64,000 bases of DNA, taken from Candidatus Daviesbacteria bacterium (lineage in GTDB: Bacteria > Patescibacteriota > Microgenomatia > Daviesbacterales > UBA10151). The position numbers and the translations under genes were made by a program. Below the pieces are notes generated by a model. It did no database searches, was not told the origin of the DNA, and saw only the letters and a program-made list of their open reading frames with translations. Shown one piece after another: positions 59,637 through 64,000 of this stretch. The number at the start of each line of letters is the position of its first letter. Position 1 is the stretch's first letter. The stretch covers positions 35,990 through 99,989 of the forward strand of contig JACPKL010000008.1 in the NCBI GenBank assembly GCA_016187035.1. The letters are read 5' to 3'.

Positions 59637-60122
59637 ATGACTAAGAAAACCAAAACTCAATTAGGAGCAATATTTATCTTGGCAGTTCTGGTTCTAAGTT
59701 TAATCCTATCCCAAACAGCCAGCCCAGATTCTCAATTATTCTGGGGTTTAAAAAGAATCCAAGAAAAAGTTTATTTAAAGCTAAAATCTAACCCTAATGA
59801 AAAATTAGATTATATGAGGTTTCTGCTGGATCGGCGTTTGCAGGAATTAAAAAGCCAAGTAGAAAGACAAAGTTATGGTTATATTTTGCCCTCAGCTTTA
59901 AGATATTCTACATTAGCTGGACAGATTACAGACATTATCATTGTTAATAATATGAAAGATCAAGTTGCTTCCATCATCAATCAATTTAAAGATCATCAAA
60001 AAGCGCTATATGAGATTTATGTAATTTATCCTAAGAATACTGATAATTTGGAATATAAATATATTGAAGATGACATTAATTATCTCAAACTTTATTTAGA
60101 TAAATTAACAAAGATTCAATAA
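59637..60122 (+). CDS. TM-anchored hypothetical protein
   Basis: 161 aa with an N-terminal TM helix and a helical remainder. Confidence 0.5.
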   Translation: MTKKTKTQLGAIFILAVLVLSLILSQTASPDSQLFWGLKRIQEKVYLKLKSNPNEKLDYMRFLLDRRLQELKSQVERQSYGYILPSALRYSTLAGQITDIIIVNNMKDQVASIINQFKDHQKALYEIYVIYPKNTDNLEYKYIEDDINYLKLYLDKLTKIQ

Positions 60123-60140
60123 ATTCTTATCTCATTTGAT

Positions 60141-61487
60141 ATGATTGTAGCCAAATTTGGTGGGACATCTGTCAGCAGTAAAGAAAGAATCTATGCCATC
60201 TGCCAGGTAATTAAAAGTCAGTTAGAAAAAGAGCCAATTATAGTGGTGTCTGCTTTATCAGGAGTGACAGACTTATTACTATCTTTCTTACTCGTCAAGT
60301 CCAAAGCCCAAACAGTAAAAAAACTACAAGAGCTAAAAACCCTGCATAAGAAATTAATAGATAGCTTATGGGACGGTGAAAAAGCACAGCAAACCTTAAA
60401 ATTCATTGATAACAACCTTGAAAAGATAACCAAACTTTTAAAAAAGAAAACCAATACCAAAAGATTTTCCGATAAACTGGTTTCTTTTGGTGAGATAATG
60501 TCTTCCTATATTATTGCCCAGGTTTTAGAAAGCCAGGGGATTAGAGCAAGCCAAATAATTGCTACAGAACTAATTGTTACTGATGAAAACTACTCTTCTG
60601 CTGAATTTTTACCTTTGCCGACCAAAAGAAATGTAAAAAAAATATTAACTCCATTAATCAAGAAAAAGGTCGTTCCGGTAATAACGGGTTTTATAGGTTC
60701 AACAAAAAAAGGCCAGACTACTACTTTAGGCAGGGGCGGATCTGATTATTCTGCCTCAATTATTGGGTTTTGTTTAGGAGTATCGGAAATCCAAATCTGG
60801 ACAGACGTGGATGGCATCTTTAGCGCTGATCCGCGTCTTTTGGCTAATGCCAAACGTTTACTGGTAGTTTCTTTCAAAGAAGCATCAGAACTAGCAAGCT
60901 TTGGCGCAAAAATATTACACCCCAGAACAATCCGTCCTGCTATTGGAGCTGGAATACCTGTCAGGGTTTTAAATACTTTTAATATTAATAATCCCGGTAC
61001 TAAAATTTGCGAAAAGACAAATATGCCTTCAGGGCTTAAAGCAATCTCTTTTAAACGTAAAGTAACACTAATAAATATTTATTCCAGTGAAATGCTTTTA
61101 CAAAAAGGGTTTTTAGCCCGTATTTTCCAAGTTTTTGCTGACAATAATATTTCTGTGGATTTAGTCAGCGTCTCGGAAGTTAGTGTATCAGTTACTTTGG
61201 ATAATGAACAAGGTTTTGCTAATGCAGTTAAACAACTTTCCTTATTTGCCACAGTTTCTGTAAGTGAGAATTTAGGGATTGTTTCTTTGATTGGAGAAGG
61301 TATTACTTCATCACCTGATTTTATAAACATGGTTTTTACAATCCTGGCAAAGGCAAAAATATTAGTCAGGATGGTTTCTTTAGGTGCTACTAATATAAAT
61401 ATCAGTATTGTGGTAGAGTCTAATCAAATAGAACAAGCAGTTATAAAACTGCATAATAATTTACTAGAAAGGTCGATTTCATCTTGA
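60141..61487 (+). CDS. lysC: Aspartate kinase
   Basis: MIVAKFGGTSV, TTLGRGGSDYSA, C-terminal ACT repeats. Confidence 0.9.
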   Translation: MIVAKFGGTSVSSKERIYAICQVIKSQLEKEPIIVVSALSGVTDLLLSFLLVKSKAQTVKKLQELKTLHKKLIDSLWDGEKAQQTLKFIDNNLEKITKLLKKKTNTKRFSDKLVSFGEIMSSYIIAQVLESQGIRASQIIATELIVTDENYSSAEFLPLPTKRNVKKILTPLIKKKVVPVITGFIGSTKKGQTTTLGRGGSDYSASIIGFCLGVSEIQIWTDVDGIFSADPRLLANAKRLLVVSFKEASELASFGAKILHPRTIRPAIGAGIPVRVLNTFNINNPGTKICEKTNMPSGLKAISFKRKVTLINIYSSEMLLQKGFLARIFQVFADNNISVDLVSVSEVSVSVTLDNEQGFANAVKQLSLFATVSVSENLGIVSLIGEGITSSPDFINMVFTILAKAKILVRMVSLGATNINISIVVESNQIEQAVIKLHNNLLERSISS

Positions 61488-62224
61488 AAATAGCTTTAGT
61501 AGGTTTTGGTAATATGGGTCAGGAGGTGGAAAGAGTAATTAAAGACTCTAATTTACACCAGGTAGTTTCCATCAGCTTAAAAACTATTAATGGTGATTGG
61601 GATAATAAAGGATTAAAGCAGGCAGATGTAGTGATAGATTTTACCAATCCCAAGGTAGTTTTGGGAAATATTAAAAAAGTGGCTGCTTTGGGTAAAAATA
61701 TGGTAGTTGGTACAACCGGCTGGTATGACCAAATTAATGTAGTAAAAAGAATTGTGAAACAAAAGAAGATTGGTTTAATTTATGCCCAAAATTTTTCCAT
61801 CGGGGCTAATATTTTCTTTAAAATCATCAAAGATGCCAGCGGGCTTTTTGCCGGATTTGAAGATTATGATGTATATGGTCTTGAGGTTCACCACAGCGGT
61901 AAAAAAGACAGTCCTTCCGGTACTGCTGTTAGGATTGCCAGGGAGATTTTAGACAAATTCCCGTCCAAGAAAAAATTACAAACAGAGAAATTAGATAGGC
62001 AAATAGCAAAAGATGAGCTGCATTTTGCATCTGTCAGGGGAGGCAGAAATCCCGGTTTTCATCAGGTCACTTTTGACAGCCAGGCAGATTCTATTACTTT
62101 ATCTCATCAAGCCCATAACAGGACAGGATTTGCCCGGGGGGCTATTTTAGCTGCAGAGTTTATTAAAGGCAAAAAAGGCTTTTACAAATTTGACCAGGTT
62201 TTTGAGGGAGGTGATAAAAGATGA
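61484..62224 (+). CDS. dapB: 4-hydroxy-tetrahydrodipicolinate reductase
   Basis: KIALVGFGNMG, VVGTTGW, EVHHSGKKDSPSGTA. The TTG start overlaps the lysC stop. Confidence 0.85.
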   Translation: MKIALVGFGNMGQEVERVIKDSNLHQVVSISLKTINGDWDNKGLKQADVVIDFTNPKVVLGNIKKVAALGKNMVVGTTGWYDQINVVKRIVKQKKIGLIYAQNFSIGANIFFKIIKDASGLFAGFEDYDVYGLEVHHSGKKDSPSGTAVRIAREILDKFPSKKKLQTEKLDRQIAKDELHFASVRGGRNPGFHQVTFDSQADSITLSHQAHNRTGFARGAILAAEFIKGKKGFYKFDQVFEGGDKR

Positions 62225-63108
62225 GTAAAAAATTTAAAGGAGCAATAACAGCTTTGGTAACCCCTTTTCTGGAAGATGGTAAAGTTGATATTGAAAGTTT
62301 AAAGAATTTAGTACGCTTTCAAATCAAAAGCCGTATAGATGGATTAGTGCCTTGTGGTACAACCGGTGAGACACCTACTTTAAGTGAAGATGAATATAGG
62401 CTGGTAATTGAGACTGTAGTAAAAGAAGTTAAAGGCAGGATACCAATTATAGCCGGTGCAGGCAGTAATGATACCCAGAAAGCCATTCATCATTCCCAGA
62501 TTGCCAAAAAATTGGGAGCAGATGCGCTTTTGCATGTAACTCCTTACTATAATAAACCAACTCCTGCCGGGTTAGTAGCCCATTTTAAGGCCATTACCAG
62601 AGCAGTTGATTTACCAGTTATTTTATACAATGTTCCGGGCAGAACAGGTTCTAATGTATCAGCTGCTACTTTAATTAAAATAATTAAAGAAGTTCCCCAA
62701 GTAGTGGGGGTCAAAGAAGCATCAGGTAATATTACCCAGATGATGGATATTATTAAGGGTGTGCCTGCAAATTTTTCAGTGTTGTCAGGGGATGATGCTT
62801 TTACTTTGCCTTTAATGGCAGTAGGGGGTGTGGGGATAATTTCTGTTGCTTCAAACCAGATACCAAAAGCAATGCATGATTTGACGGGTGCAGCTTTGGA
62901 GGGAAATTTTATCAAAGCCAGGAAGCTGCATTATCAGTGGCTTGATTTAATGAATATTAATTTTATAGAATCAAACCCAATTCCTGTTAAAACTGCGCTG
63001 TCTATGATGGGAAAAATCAAAGAAGTTTTCAGGCTGCCTTTGGTTTCCATGGAGGAGAAAAATAGGGAAGCACTAAAAGCAGTTTTAGTTGCCCATAAAT
63101 TAATATGA
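62221..63108 (+). CDS. dapA: 4-hydroxy-tetrahydrodipicolinate synthase
   Basis: LVPCGTTGE, TPYYNKP, GVKEASGN. ATGA overlap with dapB. Confidence 0.9.
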   Translation: MSKKFKGAITALVTPFLEDGKVDIESLKNLVRFQIKSRIDGLVPCGTTGETPTLSEDEYRLVIETVVKEVKGRIPIIAGAGSNDTQKAIHHSQIAKKLGADALLHVTPYYNKPTPAGLVAHFKAITRAVDLPVILYNVPGRTGSNVSAATLIKIIKEVPQVVGVKEASGNITQMMDIIKGVPANFSVLSGDDAFTLPLMAVGGVGIISVASNQIPKAMHDLTGAALEGNFIKARKLHYQWLDLMNINFIESNPIPVKTALSMMGKIKEVFRLPLVSMEEKNREALKAVLVAHKLI

Positions 63109-64000
63109 AAAAAATACCAGTGGGAATAATAGGCGCCACCGGTATGGTTGGGCAACGTTTTATTACCCTGCTAAATTATCATCCTTGGTTTGAAGTTACT
63201 TGTGTGGCAGCATCTCCTAGGTCTGCTAATAAGAAATATAAAGAAGCAGTAAAAGACAAATGGGTAATAGAAGGAAAAATACCAGATTCTATTGCTAAGA
63301 TGACTGTTTCGGCAGTGGAAAGGGATATAGAGCAAGTTGCCAAACAAGCGAGATTAATTTTTTCTGCCTTGGATATGGATAGAGGCCAAATCAGGGAAAT
63401 TGAAAAAGAGTATGCTTCTTTAGGAATGGCTGTAGTGTCCAACAATTCTGCTCATAGATGGACTGAAGATGTGCCAATGATTATGCCTGAAATAAATCCA
63501 GAGCATTTAGAATTAATCTCCTCTCAAGATCACGGATTCATCGTGGTGAAACCAAATTGCTCAATTCAGTCTTATGTGCCAATGTTAACTCCTCTTTTAA
63601 AATTTGGTATTAAAAAAGTGGTAGTGACCACTTTGCAGGCAGTATCAGGCGCCGGTAAAACTTTAAAAGGATGGCCTGATATGCAGGATAATGTCATTCC
63701 ATTTATCGGCGGTGAGGAAGAAAAGAGCGAATTAGAACCTTTAAAGATTTGGGGGCAAGCAGTAAATGGCAGGATAAAAATGGCTAAGATAAATATCAGC
63801 GCTACCTGTATCAGGGTGCCTGTTGAGGATGGGCATATGGCATCTGTCAGTGTTTATTTTAATAAAAAAGTCAGTAAAAAAGAAATTTTAAAGATTTGGA
63901 AAAATTTCAATCCTTTAAAAAAACTTAATTTGCCATCTGCTCCTGATCCTTTTATTACTATAATGGAAGAAGAAAACAGGCCACAAACCAGATTGGACAG
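63105..64000 (+). CDS. asd: Aspartate-semialdehyde dehydrogenase (3' end outside window)
   Basis: MKKIPVGIIGATGMVGQRF..., KPNCSIQ (active-site Cys). The ATG overlaps the dapA stop (ATGA). Open to the window edge, hence absent from the ORF track. Confidence 0.85.
   Translation, partial: MKKIPVGIIGATGMVGQRFITLLNYHPWFEVTCVAASPRSANKKYKEAVKDKWVIEGKIPDSIAKMTVSAVERDIEQVAKQARLIFSALDMDRGQIREIEKEYASLGMAVVSNNSAHRWTEDVPMIMPEINPEHLELISSQDHGFIVVKPNCSIQSYVPMLTPLLKFGIKKVVVTTLQAVSGAGKTLKGWPDMQDNVIPFIGGEEEKSELEPLKIWGQAVNGRIKMAKINISATCIRVPVEDGHMASVSVYFNKKVSKKEILKIWKNFNPLKKLNLPSAPDPFITIMEEENRPQTRLD

Noticed and set aside
1-64000. Diversity-generating retroelement, retron, prophage, integron or transposon
   Set aside because: I found no reverse transcriptase, integrase, transposase, phage structural genes or TR/VR pair. 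The excisionase-type HTH (5335-5550) alone is not evidence for a mobile element.
1-64000. Alternative genetic code (UGA recoding as in some CPR lineages)
   Set aside because: Well-conserved genes end at TGA at the expected length (GT4 at 3780-3782, rplJ, dapB, dapA, the Clp ATPase). No conserved gene needs read-through.

Overview
64-kb window from a low-GC bacterial chromosome. All analysis was done by eye, without database searches. Gene content suggests a Patescibacteria/CPR (Microgenomates-like) organism, which is inference only: secE-nusG-rplKA/rplJL, two mreB plus mreCD-PBP2, PBP1A, GT4/GT26 glycosyltransferases, two O-antigen-ligase-like membrane proteins, many TM-anchored hypotheticals, giant secreted proteins, Doc and AbiEii toxins. 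The genetic code is standard, since TGA, TAA and TAG all close good ORFs. I support about 65 CDS, including three missing or misplaced in the ORF track: a 5'-truncated sortase at 3-299, a 55-aa rpmG at 34938-35105 and a 3'-truncated asd at 63105-64000. There are 3 tRNAs (Trp-CCA, Thr-GGT, Thr-TGT), a few promoter and terminator candidates, and many short repeats. I saw no rRNA, CRISPR, integrase, transposase or reverse transcriptase. The most unusual signal is not a gene cluster. It is a dense population of short repeat elements that sit both in intergenic spacers and in frame inside conserved housekeeping genes (rplA, rplJ, nusG, fmt, topA, tmk, pyrD-like, pyrF, GT4, GT26, EamA, O-antigen ligase-like). 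There are three kinds: heptanucleotide-period arrays, TGTCAT...ATGACA palindromes, and a perfect 13-bp-stem hairpin. Some copies show direct-repeat flanks, nesting, and use of both strands as sense, which resembles Rickettsia palindromic elements and cyanobacterial heptamer STRR repeats. Secondary candidates are three uncharacterised, translationally coupled envelope or secreted-protein operons. The first (15472-20669) has a GC-shifted 1260-aa HExxH protein flanked by two FN3-like paralogs. The second (27463-21953) has a 1495-aa Cys-rich glycosidase-like giant. The third (51275-54733) is a membrane-anchored double-AAA+ Hsp100 cluster wedged between dprA and topA. In addition, a 6.3-kb surface-protein island splits the rplKA/rplJL cluster. 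All functional ideas for these are hypotheses.
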